Shown: positions 20,880 to 30,526 of the stretch, piece after piece
How positions within the stretch are numbered: position 1 is the first letter of the stretch
How the letters are laid out: each line of letters starts with the position of its first letter
Source: Caldithrix sp. RBG_13_44_9
GTDB lineage: Bacteria > Calditrichota > Calditrichia > RBG-13-44-9
DNA length: 60,357 bases
Reading direction: 5' to 3'
NCBI GenBank assembly: GCA_001771055.1
Contig: MESS01000079.1
Coordinates: 1 to 60,357, forward strand
Position numbers and translations under genes: made by a program
Notes under the pieces: model-generated
What the model was told of the DNA's origin: nothing
Databases searched by the model: none
The model's input: only the letters and a program-made list of their open reading frames with translations

Positions 20880-21998
20880 ATGATTTCCAATAAAAATATT
20901 TTTTGGCTGAGTCTTTCGTTGTTTAGTATTCTGCTGTTCGAGAGCCTTTCACAAGAAAGGTCCCGGGCGATTGATGTTTCCAGGTTAGAACTGCTGCATG
21001 CCGATTTATCCCGTGGTTACCTGGAAAATGGATTACCTCTAAAGATTTTAGAAGGTAATGTTCATGCCCGTCAGGATACTCTGGAATTATTTTGCGACCG
21101 CGCAATCTATGATGAGACCAATAAAATTCTTCACTTAATGGGAAAAATCCGGATGTATCGCGGAAAGGATACCTTGCTGGCCAGAGAAGCCCGTTATTTT
21201 GAGGAAAGTAAGATTGCGGTGGCCGAAGGAGAGGTGCGAGTATTCCGGCCGGCCCAGGAAATGAAATCTGATTATTTGGAATACAGTTATAAAAACGATC
21301 ATATCCGGGCCACCGGTAATCTGTTTTTGCATGATAGGGAAAACCAGGCCTTCATCACTGCTGATCAGGGAGAATATCTTCCCGAAAAAAATTTTAGTTA
21401 TGTGAAAGAAAAGGCCCATTTCTGGAGGATTGATAGTACCTCCAGCGATACCATTCACATTTACAGCCGGCAGATGGAATATCAGTTTGCTTCAAACCGC
21501 CAGGCAATTGCCAATGATTCAGTTCGCATTCTCCAGAAAAATCTCCTGGCCACTTGCGATTCTGCTGTCTATCAACTGGATCAGGATATAATCTTTCTGA
21601 AAAGTAATCCGGTGGCTACCCAGGAGAATAATAAAATCACCGGCGATGAGATGCAGCTGATTTTGAAAGACCGTGAATTGGAAAGAATTGTTGTTACCGG
21701 AAAAGCCCAGGCCGTTTCCACTTTAGATTCGCTGTTAAATAAAGAAGACCGGCTGGAAGGGCGGGAAATAGTTATTTTTATTTCCGATCGGAAAATAAAG
21801 GAAATTCATGCCATTTCTAATGCCCGAAGTTATTATCATTTAAAGGAAAAGACTGAAGATCGTGGAATCAACGTGGCATCGGCTGATACCATTAAAGCTT
21901 TTCTTTGGGAAAATGAACTGGATAGCATCGCGGTAATCGGTGGTGCCCAGGGGATATATTATCCGCAGGACTATAAAGGTAAAATTTTGCAGGAGTGA
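20880..21998 (+). CDS. lptA: LptA/OstA-family periplasmic LPS transport protein (double length, two OstA-like halves)
   Basis: Signal peptide. OstA-like pattern 'LEGNVHARQDTLELFCDRAIYDE' recurs as 'LLATCDSAVYQLDQDIIFLKSNPVA'. Position between lptC and lptB supports the call. Confidence 0.6.
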   Translation: MISNKNIFWLSLSLFSILLFESLSQERSRAIDVSRLELLHADLSRGYLENGLPLKILEGNVHARQDTLELFCDRAIYDETNKILHLMGKIRMYRGKDTLLAREARYFEESKIAVAEGEVRVFRPAQEMKSDYLEYSYKNDHIRATGNLFLHDRENQAFITADQGEYLPEKNFSYVKEKAHFWRIDSTSSDTIHIYSRQMEYQFASNRQAIANDSVRILQKNLLATCDSAVYQLDQDIIFLKSNPVATQENNKITGDEMQLILKDRELERIVVTGKAQAVSTLDSLLNKEDRLEGREIVIFISDRKIKEIHAISNARSYYHLKEKTEDRGINVASADTIKAFLWENELDSIAVIGGAQGIYYPQDYKGKILQE

Positions 21999-22001
21999 AA
22001 T

Positions 22002-22757
22002 GTGAAAGATACCCCTTCATCCAATGGAAATGCTCTGCTGTATACCGAGACTTTGGTTAAAATCTACGGCAAGCGAAAGGTAGTGGACAGGGTGAGCTTG
22101 AAAGTAAAACAGGGGGAGATCGTTGGGCTGCTTGGTCCTAATGGTGCTGGAAAAACCACCTCTTTTTATATGATTACCGGTCTCATCCGCCCCAACTCAG
22201 GTAAAATATTTCTGGATGAGGAGGAAATCACTCGGCTCCCCATGTATAAAAGGGCTCGTCGGGGCATTTCCTACCTTCCGCAGGAAGCCTCAATTTTCCG
22301 GAAATTAACAGTAGAGGAAAATTTATTGGCAATCATGGAAGTATTGGGTATTTCCCGGATTGAAAGAAAAAAAAGGGCGCAGAAATTAATGCAGGAACTG
22401 GGGATTGAGCATATCGCTGGAAATAAAGGGTATAATCTCTCAGGCGGGGAAAGGCGGCGTACCGAAATCGCCAGGACCCTGGTCACCCAGCCTAAATTTA
22501 TTTTGTTGGATGAACCTTTCGCCGGTGTCGATCCCATTGCCGTGCAGGATATCCAGAATATTGTGAGAAACCTTAAAGAGAGAAATATCGGGGTCTTGAT
22601 CACTGATCACAATGTCCATGAAACGCTTTCTATCACCGACCATTCTTATTTGTTATTCGAAGGTAAGATTTTAAAAGAAGGTAACAGTGAAGCCCTGGCC
22701 AACGACCCGGAAGCCCGTAAACTCTATTTGGGGGATCAATTCCGCCTCTATCGTTAG
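22002..22757 (+). CDS. lptB: LPS export ABC transporter ATP-binding protein
   Basis: Walker A 'GPNGAGKTT', signature 'LSGGERRRTEIARTL', Walker B 'ILLDEPFAGVDP'. GTG start. Confidence 0.9.
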   Translation: MKDTPSSNGNALLYTETLVKIYGKRKVVDRVSLKVKQGEIVGLLGPNGAGKTTSFYMITGLIRPNSGKIFLDEEEITRLPMYKRARRGISYLPQEASIFRKLTVEENLLAIMEVLGISRIERKKRAQKLMQELGIEHIAGNKGYNLSGGERRRTEIARTLVTQPKFILLDEPFAGVDPIAVQDIQNIVRNLKERNIGVLITDHNVHETLSITDHSYLLFEGKILKEGNSEALANDPEARKLYLGDQFRLYR

Positions 22758-22811
22758 AAATTTTTTCATTCATTACTGCTTCTGAACTAGATCTATTTTC
22801 AATCAGCAATT

Positions 22812-22840
22812 AAAAAAAGGCGATCGTCGATCGCCTTTTT
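22812..22840. terminator. Bidirectional rho-independent terminator between convergent lptB and pfp
   Basis: AAAAAAA-GGCGATCG-T-CGATCGCC-TTTTT. A GC-rich palindrome flanked by an A run and a T run. Confidence 0.7.
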
Positions 22841-22867
22841 AATAACCATTTGGAGTATTTCAATTTC

Positions 22868-24289
22868 TTATTTGGATCTTTTCCCTTTTCCAGTCTCGTG
22901 ATGGGATTTTTCAGCAGGTAGTTTTTCCGTACTCTCATCCAGAGTAACTTCTGGAGTTTCATGATGATGATTTTTTCTGGGGAATTTACCAGGATTCAAA
23001 TCGGGCATAGTCCAGACATCACTTTCAGCAATATAATAAAACCGCTTTCGGAAGGCTTCCAGACTGATTCCGGCAGTGGCTGCATATTTGGCGAGTTCAT
23101 GCGGATCCTCGAAATCTTCCTTAGTGAGGCGCAGCATATATCGCCTGGAGATCTGATAGTACTCGGACTGAGTATCTACCATCCTGACTTTTGTCCGTTT
23201 TGTGACAGGATCGATAATATCGCCAAAATACATTGGTACAAATCGTCCTTCCTGGATGGAAATCATTGCCCCGTTTCCTCCATCAATTAAAAACTGCGCC
23301 GCACAGTATCCAAGGTCGCGGGTGTATTCCATATCAAAAGGTATAGGATCGGAACATCTTAATTCATATCCGATATTTTTAGCGACAATGGTGGCTTTCA
23401 ATCCGAATTTCTTCAATTCATCCTGCACATGAAATTTGAGAATCTCACCAAAATTTACTTCTGCCAGGCGAATGTTATCATGAGCATCCCGCTCGATATT
23501 CAGAAGAAATTCCAGATCTTTCTGGTCAAGCCTTTCTACCAATCCTTCGGCCAGTATGGCCACTCCGTCCGGTCTTTCCGAGCTTAATCGTTTGATGATA
23601 GCTCCCACTAAAATGTCCACCAGCTTCTTGAGTTTGATGGTCTCTTCCGGAAATTCTTCCGGGATAATGGTGAGAGTGGAACCGGCTGATTTGCCAATCC
23701 CTAATGCCAGATGTCCGGCTTTTCTTCCCATCGATACCACGAAATACCAGCGCGAGGTGGTCTGGGCATCAACCATCAGGTTTTTAACAATATTTACCCC
23801 CACATGCCTGGCTGTTTGAAATCCGAAGGTGCAGATTCCATGCGGCAGATCCAGATCATTATCAATGGTTTTAGGAACATGTACTACCCGGATCCGGCCG
23901 GCGGCCAGTTCCTCTACTTTCATAGCACTGAAAGCGGTATCATCTCCGCCGATGGTAATTAGTTTATCAACGTTCAAACGCAAAAGGGAGGTCACTACAT
24001 TTTCTAAATATTTTTTATCTTTGGTGGGATTTTCCCGGGCTATGCCAATATAGGATCCGCCTCTGAAATGGATCCGGCTGACGTTATCGATATTTAATTC
24101 CTTTATATGAGAGATGTCTCCCCGCATGATCCACTTAAATCCATCCTTGATACCAATGATGTCTACCCCGTCAATGATACCACGGATAGTGGCTGCACTG
24201 ATGACGCTGTTGATCCCGGGAGCAGGTCCACCGCCCACTAAAATGGCCATATTTTTGGGTGCTACAGTCATACTGCTATGTTCCTCCAT
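22868..24289 (-). CDS. pfp: Pyrophosphate-dependent 6-phosphofructokinase (PfkA family) with a His/Lys-rich C-terminal tail
   Basis: 'ILVGGGPAPGINS', 'TIGGDDTAFSA' (Asp where ATP-PFKs have Gly) and 'VPKTIDNDL' (Lys where ATP-PFKs have Gly). Confidence 0.85.
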   Translation of the reverse strand: MEEHSSMTVAPKNMAILVGGGPAPGINSVISAATIRGIIDGVDIIGIKDGFKWIMRGDISHIKELNIDNVSRIHFRGGSYIGIARENPTKDKKYLENVVTSLLRLNVDKLITIGGDDTAFSAMKVEELAAGRIRVVHVPKTIDNDLDLPHGICTFGFQTARHVGVNIVKNLMVDAQTTSRWYFVVSMGRKAGHLALGIGKSAGSTLTIIPEEFPEETIKLKKLVDILVGAIIKRLSSERPDGVAILAEGLVERLDQKDLEFLLNIERDAHDNIRLAEVNFGEILKFHVQDELKKFGLKATIVAKNIGYELRCSDPIPFDMEYTRDLGYCAAQFLIDGGNGAMISIQEGRFVPMYFGDIIDPVTKRTKVRMVDTQSEYYQISRRYMLRLTKEDFEDPHELAKYAATAGISLEAFRKRFYYIAESDVWTMPDLNPGKFPRKNHHHETPEVTLDESTEKLPAEKSHHETGKGKRSK

Positions 24290-24381
24290 ATTAAATTCCC
24301 CGTTTAAATTGGGCTAAATCTACCAATATTTATGAGGAATTTCAATATCTATTCAATTCATTATTTTCAGTTGCTTATCAT

Positions 24382-24409
24382 AAAAAAGGGCGACCGGTGT
24401 CGCCCTTTT
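24382..24409 (-). terminator. Rho-independent terminator of the peptidase gene (minus strand)
   Basis: GGGCGAC-CGGT-GTCGCCC, with AAAAAA on the plus strand giving a U run on the minus-strand transcript. Lies about 30 nt after the stop at 24438. Confidence 0.7.
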
Positions 24410-24437
24410 ACTTGGTATGGTTATGAAACTGCCTGAA

Positions 24438-26510
24438 TTACTGCTTTAAATTTTTAACGGCCTTCTCTGCTGCTTCAATCAACGGTCGGGTTGATATTTT
24501 CTGTCCCACGGCCTGCTGCATCCATATCTGGGGAGACAGTCTTCCCAATTTGCACATTCGCTCCATTTCCGGCGCCAGGGTATGGCTCTTTAAAAATTCT
24601 TCAATCTGAAAGGAAATAATGTGACCCAATGGATAATCGGGAGTATACATTGCCCCATCTACAATATGGGAATAGATGGCCGGAAGAATCTGGTCTTTCA
24701 TCCCTAAAATGGGAGCATAATAGTCATTCCATACTTTTTTAGTAATTTCTATCATTGCGTTACGTAACTCAGCTGCATTGGCATTGGGATGCTGGTACAT
24801 CCAGCGCCAGATATACATATCGGTGAGGGCTACCCCGGAAATTTCGAAGGTCATCCAAAAAGTATTAAGCGCTTCTAAATCCTCGGCTTCCTGATTTTTA
24901 CTTTCCAATCCCAGAACCTGTAAATCCCGTGATTGAAATACAAAGGCAAAAGCTTCGGTAAAAGCAGTATTGGGAACTCCGTTGAGGGTGTAGTGATCAA
25001 TACCGTTCAGTGAAAATACCTGTTCCACATTGTGACCCAGTTCGTGAATGGCAATATTAAATCCCTTATACCGCATTCCATCTTCCGGAATTCTGGTGCG
25101 CAGGTGAGCTTTATCTTCCCTCATGGCAGCTCCCATGGCATGTCCGGCACCGCGGGAAGGATCGACCGCGATATAGGAGGCTAAAAATTCCGATTTATCC
25201 GGACTGAAACCAATTTTTCTCAGGATATATTGTAAATCTCGCTGGAAATCATCAACCGTAGGATACATTTTTCCTACTTTCACATCGAGATCCTCTTCAG
25301 TGTAGCTGGATCGGGGTTTAAATCCATTATACCAGATATCAAAAGGCTCTAATGGACGCCCGAGCCGTTGCTCAATTATCCGGGCGATATCTTTTAATGC
25401 CGGCGCAGAGGCTACTGATTTTAGCAGATCTTCCACTTCGGATTCAGACATTTCCCGGTTAATTTGAAATTTCCGGTCGATAAGGGTCGGGGCATGGGGA
25501 TGAAAGGGATCCACTAATCGTTCAACCTGGTAAATATTCCAGATATGCTGGTAGCGCTGGTTGGCTTCATTTTGGACATTGACTTCATTCTGGGTGTTGG
25601 ATTCAAAAACTTTATTGGTATAAGGATTCCAGTCATATTTATCACTATTGATTACTGCCGCCGGGATTTCCTGCAAAATAATCCGTTCCATCACTTTTTG
25701 AATAATTCGTTGTCTGTCCAGACCTTCGGTGCTGGCATAGTGAGCTTTGAGCTCGTCGCGCAGACCCCAGTGACTGATCAGTTTTAATCCTGGCGGGAAT
25801 AAGCGATTTCCCTTCTCATCAAGCAGCTTGTTCATTAAAATGTTATAATTGTTAATATAGTCATCGGCCATGGTATAAGTTTCGGAGCGTTTTTGGGACA
25901 CTTCTGCCGGTACCCGGGTCATGAACTCTTCCACCAGACGGACTTCAGCCCACTTCCTTCTTGACCATTCTTCCCCTAAGGTATTTTTCTGCTCTAAATT
26001 TTCAATTGGAAAATTCAGGAGCGCCGCAAAGGCCAATTTGGTATTAAAGAGATCATCACTGGTATGGGCAGAAGGTGAGTAATTCGCCCAGAGATAGTCT
26101 ATGGGAAATACTTTTCCGCGGTCAACATCCAACACCCATTTAAAGTCACGGGAAACCCGGTTTAAATTTCCATACAGACTTTCCAGATTTTTTTGGAAAC
26201 GGTCGAATATAGCATCCAATTCGCTCTGATCGGAAGAAAAATATTCGGTGCAAAAGACCTGGAAATCCTGATCGGTACCATCAGCCGCTTTCCAGCGGTC
26301 GCCAACCTGCTGGACGCCAATTTCAATGCGATTATTCGCACTGGCTCCAAATTTTTCTACCATGGCTTTAATGGTCTCTTGTCTGGTCATTTCACTTAAG
26401 CCCATTTGAATTTTTCCCTTCGAGTCAGGTGACTTGCAGCTGTTGATGATTATGGTAATACTCATTAGTAAAATAAAAATGGTCAGGTGACCGGCTCTGA
26501 TACCTATCAT
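24438..26510 (-). CDS. Lipoprotein zinc metallopeptidase (HExxH), family not resolved
   Basis: Lipobox-like 'IIINSC' after a hydrophobic signal. 'FNIAIHELGHNVEQ' zinc motif. No further family assignment is possible by eye. Confidence 0.5.
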   Translation of the reverse strand: MIGIRAGHLTIFILLMSITIIINSCKSPDSKGKIQMGLSEMTRQETIKAMVEKFGASANNRIEIGVQQVGDRWKAADGTDQDFQVFCTEYFSSDQSELDAIFDRFQKNLESLYGNLNRVSRDFKWVLDVDRGKVFPIDYLWANYSPSAHTSDDLFNTKLAFAALLNFPIENLEQKNTLGEEWSRRKWAEVRLVEEFMTRVPAEVSQKRSETYTMADDYINNYNILMNKLLDEKGNRLFPPGLKLISHWGLRDELKAHYASTEGLDRQRIIQKVMERIILQEIPAAVINSDKYDWNPYTNKVFESNTQNEVNVQNEANQRYQHIWNIYQVERLVDPFHPHAPTLIDRKFQINREMSESEVEDLLKSVASAPALKDIARIIEQRLGRPLEPFDIWYNGFKPRSSYTEEDLDVKVGKMYPTVDDFQRDLQYILRKIGFSPDKSEFLASYIAVDPSRGAGHAMGAAMREDKAHLRTRIPEDGMRYKGFNIAIHELGHNVEQVFSLNGIDHYTLNGVPNTAFTEAFAFVFQSRDLQVLGLESKNQEAEDLEALNTFWMTFEISGVALTDMYIWRWMYQHPNANAAELRNAMIEITKKVWNDYYAPILGMKDQILPAIYSHIVDGAMYTPDYPLGHIISFQIEEFLKSHTLAPEMERMCKLGRLSPQIWMQQAVGQKISTRPLIEAAEKAVKNLKQ

Positions 26511-26619
26511 GATTTATCTCCTTTTGTATTAAAACACTTTAAAATAACAAGGTTTCTTTAGCAATGGAAGTATGATTTTATATGATCTGGAGGGCGGATA
26601 ACCCGGCTATTTTTGAGAT

Positions 26620-27207
26620 TTATCGGTGACGATTAGCCTCAATCATGGAATTGATCTCCCGATAGCGGAAGCAGTCAATCTGGTGATCGTTCACCATTCC
26701 CACCGCCTGCATAAATGCATAACAAATAGTGGAGCCCACAAATTTAAATCCCTGTTTTTTTAAGGCTTTACTCATCTGATCCGATTCGGCAGTGCGGGCA
26801 GGAAGATCCGCTAAATGTACCCAATGATTGATCCGGGATTCATTTCTGATAAATTGCCAGATATAACGGCTGAAATTGCCATATTCTTTTTGGATCTTTA
26901 AGAAAGTTTGGGCATTTCCGATGGCGGCCGCTATCTTCAGATAGTTGCGAACGATGCCTGGATTATCCAGCAGTTCTCTTATTTTTTTATTATCATAGCC
27001 TGCAATCTTTTCGGCATTGAACTGATCAAATGCCAGCCGATATGATTCCCGCTTTTTGAGGATGGTTATCCAGCTTAAACCAGCCTGCATTCCCTCCAAT
27101 ATTAAGAATTCAAACAACAGTCGGTCATCATATACCGGTACACCCCACTCCTGGTCATGATAAGTAATATATAGCGAGTCTTCTCCCGCCCATTGGCACC
27201 TGTTCAT
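26620..27207 (-). CDS. tag: DNA-3-methyladenine glycosylase I
   Basis: 'CQWAGEDSLYITYHDQEWGVPVYDDRLLFEFLILEGMQAGLSWITILKKRE'. The ATG at 27207 gives the canonical 'MNRCQW' N-terminus. The track's TTG start at 27330 adds 41 unsupported residues. Confidence 0.85.
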   Translation of the reverse strand: MNRCQWAGEDSLYITYHDQEWGVPVYDDRLLFEFLILEGMQAGLSWITILKKRESYRLAFDQFNAEKIAGYDNKKIRELLDNPGIVRNYLKIAAAIGNAQTFLKIQKEYGNFSRYIWQFIRNESRINHWVHLADLPARTAESDQMSKALKKQGFKFVGSTICYAFMQAVGMVNDHQIDCFRYREINSMIEANRHR

Positions 27208-27533
27208 TTTCCTTTTCCTTTCTGGTATACATTCACTAAAAATTTCCACTTTTTTGAGAGAGTGATTGAAAATATAATTAGCCATACTGAATTTTTTACC
27301 TGATATGAATTTGCTAATTATATCACCCAACCACTATTTCTAATTAACTGATTTTATTTTCAATATGGGAAATCTTACCTAAAAGAAATTACCCCTATAA
27401 CTTATTGGGTAATTGGTGAAAATATACCGATAGGAATTTGCACTTGAATAAATATAAGAATTAAAAATTTAAAATATTGAGAAAGATTGAAGAATATGAT
27501 AATTTCACTATTGAAAAAGAAAAGTGATGCGAT

Positions 27534-29189
27534 ATGTTCCAAAAAAGACTAAAAGAGATCAGGGTTATTCTTCATTCTATCGGTTTTAAATTGTTTTTAC
27601 TTTTATTTTTATTGCTGATCCTGCTCTTTGGGCTTTATGGCGTACTGTATTCTGTGAAACTCACTCAAATTTATGAGATCACTATTGGTCAAAGCGCCTA
27701 CCGCAATAGTGATTTAATCAAAAAATCACTTTATCGTCTGATGCTGAATAATCAGCGAGATGAATTATATAAAACTATTCTGATGTTCCAGGACGAACCC
27801 GGGGTAGAAGGGATCCGCATTTATAACAAAAAGGGAGAGATCAAGTTTTCCACCAAAACCTCTGAAACTGGACATATCGTCGATATGAAAGCTGAGGCCT
27901 GCTATGCCTGCCATGCCGCCGATAAACCCATAGAATCTTTGCCGACTAAAAAGAAAATTCGGATTTACCGGGCGGTGGAAGGAAAACGAATAATGGGATT
28001 GATAAATCCCATCCGTAACGCCCCGGAATGCTCCAACAATCCCTGTCACGCCCATCAACCTGATTTAACGATTTTAGGAGTGCTGGATGTTCGGATGTCT
28101 TTAGATGAATTGGATATGGTACTTTCTGAAACCCGCCTCACGGTCTATGTTATCACCATCGGAATCGTTATCTTGGCGATGATTTTATTTGCGGTGGTGG
28201 TTTATCTGTTTATTTATCGGCCTATCAGTACCCTCAAAACGGGTACGGTCCGGCTGGCTATCGGGGATTTAGATTACCGGATTAACATGCACCGGCGAGA
28301 TGAGTTTGGTATGTTAGCGCGTTCCTTTAATAATATGGGTGAGAATTTAAAAAGAGCCTATAATGAATTAAAGGAGTGGTCTTATCGATTAGCTGAGAGA
28401 GTGAATGAAAAGACCATTGAGCTGGAAGAGATCCACAAAAGTATGCTGCAAGTGGAAAAAATAACCTCTTTGGGAAAGATGGCGGCCTCAGTGGCTCATG
28501 AATTGAATAATCCGCTGGCTGGAATTGTTACCTATGCCAAGATTCTGGAAAAAAAGGTAAAGAACAATGTTCCTGCTGGCGAGCAGCAAGAAAAGATGAT
28601 AAAGGAACTCGAACTGATCCGTTCTGAATCCATGCGCTGCGGTAATATTGTCAGGAATTTATTGGCCTTTGCCCGTGGAAAGTCAGTCAATTTTCAGGAA
28701 GCACAACTGGAGGATATCATCAACCGGAGTGTGGACATCATGCGCCATCATATCCAGTTGGCAAAGGTTGAACTGGAAAAAAAGATATCGTTGCAGAATA
28801 AAAAAATATTTTGTGATCCGGATCAGTTGCTCCAGGCCTTTATTGCTCTCCAGGTGAATGCAGTCGAGGCTATGCCGCAAGGAGGTCAGTTAACAATCTC
28901 GGCTGAGGATATGGAACATCCTTCCGATCAAATCATTATCAGAATCCAGGATACCGGAGCAGGTATACCGGAGGAGTTGTTGGATAAGATTTTTGAACCA
29001 TTCTTTACTACTAAAAAGGACCAGAAAGGTGTCGGACTGGGTTTACCGGTGGTTTATGGAATCATTCAACGACATCATGGTAAAATCTGGGTGAAATCCA
29101 AGGCTGGGGTGGGAACAACTTTTTTCATTCAGATTCCGGTAAGGCTGGATAAAATAGAAAATCAAGATATAAAAGGTATTGAATTATGA
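27534..29189 (+). CDS. Sensor histidine kinase (2 TM, periplasmic domain with CxxCH and CxxxxCH motifs, HAMP, HisKA, HATPase_c)
   Basis: TM helices at about aa 18-40 and 195-220. 'CYACH' (aa 123-127) and 'CSNNPCH' (aa 166-172) lie between them. H-box 'SVAHELNNPL'. G-boxes 'DTGAGIP' and 'GVGLGL'. Confidence 0.85.
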   Translation: MFQKRLKEIRVILHSIGFKLFLLLFLLLILLFGLYGVLYSVKLTQIYEITIGQSAYRNSDLIKKSLYRLMLNNQRDELYKTILMFQDEPGVEGIRIYNKKGEIKFSTKTSETGHIVDMKAEACYACHAADKPIESLPTKKKIRIYRAVEGKRIMGLINPIRNAPECSNNPCHAHQPDLTILGVLDVRMSLDELDMVLSETRLTVYVITIGIVILAMILFAVVVYLFIYRPISTLKTGTVRLAIGDLDYRINMHRRDEFGMLARSFNNMGENLKRAYNELKEWSYRLAERVNEKTIELEEIHKSMLQVEKITSLGKMAASVAHELNNPLAGIVTYAKILEKKVKNNVPAGEQQEKMIKELELIRSESMRCGNIVRNLLAFARGKSVNFQEAQLEDIINRSVDIMRHHIQLAKVELEKKISLQNKKIFCDPDQLLQAFIALQVNAVEAMPQGGQLTISAEDMEHPSDQIIIRIQDTGAGIPEELLDKIFEPFFTTKKDQKGVGLGLPVVYGIIQRHHGKIWVKSKAGVGTTFFIQIPVRLDKIENQDIKGIEL

Positions 29190-30526
29190 AACCTTACAAG
29201 ATATTAATAGTCGATGATGAGCTCTCGGTCAGGACTTCTTTGAATGAATGGTTTCTGGAGGATGGTTTCAAGGTGGAAACGGCTGAAAGCGCTGAAGATG
29301 CTCTTTATAAAATGCACCGGGGGCCATTCGATCTGATCCTTCTGGATATTAAGATGCCCGGGATGGATGGTATTACCCTGCAAAAGAAAATTAAAGAGAT
29401 CGATGCCGATGTTGTCATCATCATCATGACCGCCTATGCCTCGGTAGAAACAGCCGTAGAAGCTCTTAAGCTTGGCGCATTTGATTACGTCACCAAACCC
29501 TTCGATCCCGACGATCTTTCCCGCCTGGTTAGGAATGCTCTAAAACAGAAGGAACTTGCGGATGAGAATATTCAGTTGAAGGAAAAAATTACCGAGCTTG
29601 CCGGGGTCTCGAATATGGTTGGTGAGAGCGAAGGGATGAAAAGAGTATTAGAAATGGTGGATACGGTGGCAGAGACTGATTCGACGGTATTGATCCGCGG
29701 TGAAAGCGGTACGGGCAAGGAATTAATCGCCCGGGCTATTCACACCCGCAGTAAAAGAAGATATTTTCCAATCGTGGCGGTGAATTGCGGTGCCATCCCG
29801 GAAACCTTACTGGAAAGTGAATTGTTCGGCCATGAAAAGGGGGCCTTCACTGGAGCCCAGTACCGCCGGAAAGGTAAAATTGAACTGGCGAATGGCGGTA
29901 CTCTGTTTCTGGATGAAATTGGGGATATCAGTTCTCAGATGCAGGTTGATCTGCTGCGAGTGATTGAAAGTAAACGGTTTACCCGGGTTGGTGGGGGAGA
30001 TGAAATCCAGGTCGATTTCCGTTTGATTTGTGCTACCAATAAAAATCTGGAAAAATTGGTCGAGGAAGAAATTTTTCGGGAAGATTTATATTATCGGATA
30101 AACGTGTTTACCATCTTTATCCCTCCTCTGCGGGAACGCCGTTCGGATATACTCCTGCTGACGGAATTCTTCATTCAGAAATACTCCCGGACCATGGGCA
30201 AACCTGTGAAAAAAATATCTGCAGCTGCTCAGGAAATACTGCTGTCCCATCCCTGGCCGGGAAATGTACGGGAATTGGAAAATGCCATCGAACGGGCAAT
30301 GGTGGTGGGGAAGCATTCAGAAATTATGAGCGAAGATCTGCCGTTACATATCAATGAGCAGGAGAAGAAAAAGGATAATTTTATTAAACTGGACGACCTG
30401 GAAAAGCAGCATATTGAAAAGATCATTGCTGAAGCCAACGGAAATATTACCCGGGCTGCCAGTCTTCTGGGGATCGATCGGGTAACACTCTATAATAAAA
30501 TTAAAAAATACGGAATTAAAAGGTAA
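29186..30526 (+). CDS. Sigma-54-dependent response regulator (REC + AAA+ + Fis-type HTH; NtrC/AtoC family)
   Basis: REC 'ILIVDDE...[13 protein letters not shown]'. Walker A 'GESGTGKE'. Sigma-54 contact loop 'GAFTGA'. C-terminal '[26 protein letters not shown]'. ATGA overlap with the kinase stop. Confidence 0.9.
   Translation: MKPYKILIVDDELSVRTSLNEWFLEDGFKVETAESAEDALYKMHRGPFDLILLDIKMPGMDGITLQKKIKEIDADVVIIIMTAYASVETAVEALKLGAFDYVTKPFDPDDLSRLVRNALKQKELADENIQLKEKITELAGVSNMVGESEGMKRVLEMVDTVAETDSTVLIRGESGTGKELIARAIHTRSKRRYFPIVAVNCGAIPETLLESELFGHEKGAFTGAQYRRKGKIELANGGTLFLDEIGDISSQMQVDLLRVIESKRFTRVGGGDEIQVDFRLICATNKNLEKLVEEEIFREDLYYRINVFTIFIPPLRERRSDILLLTEFFIQKYSRTMGKPVKKISAAAQEILLSHPWPGNVRELENAIERAMVVGKHSEIMSEDLPLHINEQEKKKDNFIKLDDLEKQHIEKIIAEANGNITRAASLLGIDRVTLYNKIKKYGIKR

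Noticed and set aside
27208-27330. 41-aa N-terminal extension of tag, from a TTG start.
   Set aside because: Tag proteins start close to the 'CxW' motif. The internal ATG at 27207 reproduces that, and the extension has no supporting features.
27387-27414. 8-bp inverted repeat AATTACCC-N12-GGGTAATT upstream of the sensor kinase operon.
   Set aside because: The repeat is short and sits in very AT-rich DNA with a long spacer. I cannot distinguish it from chance without comparative data.
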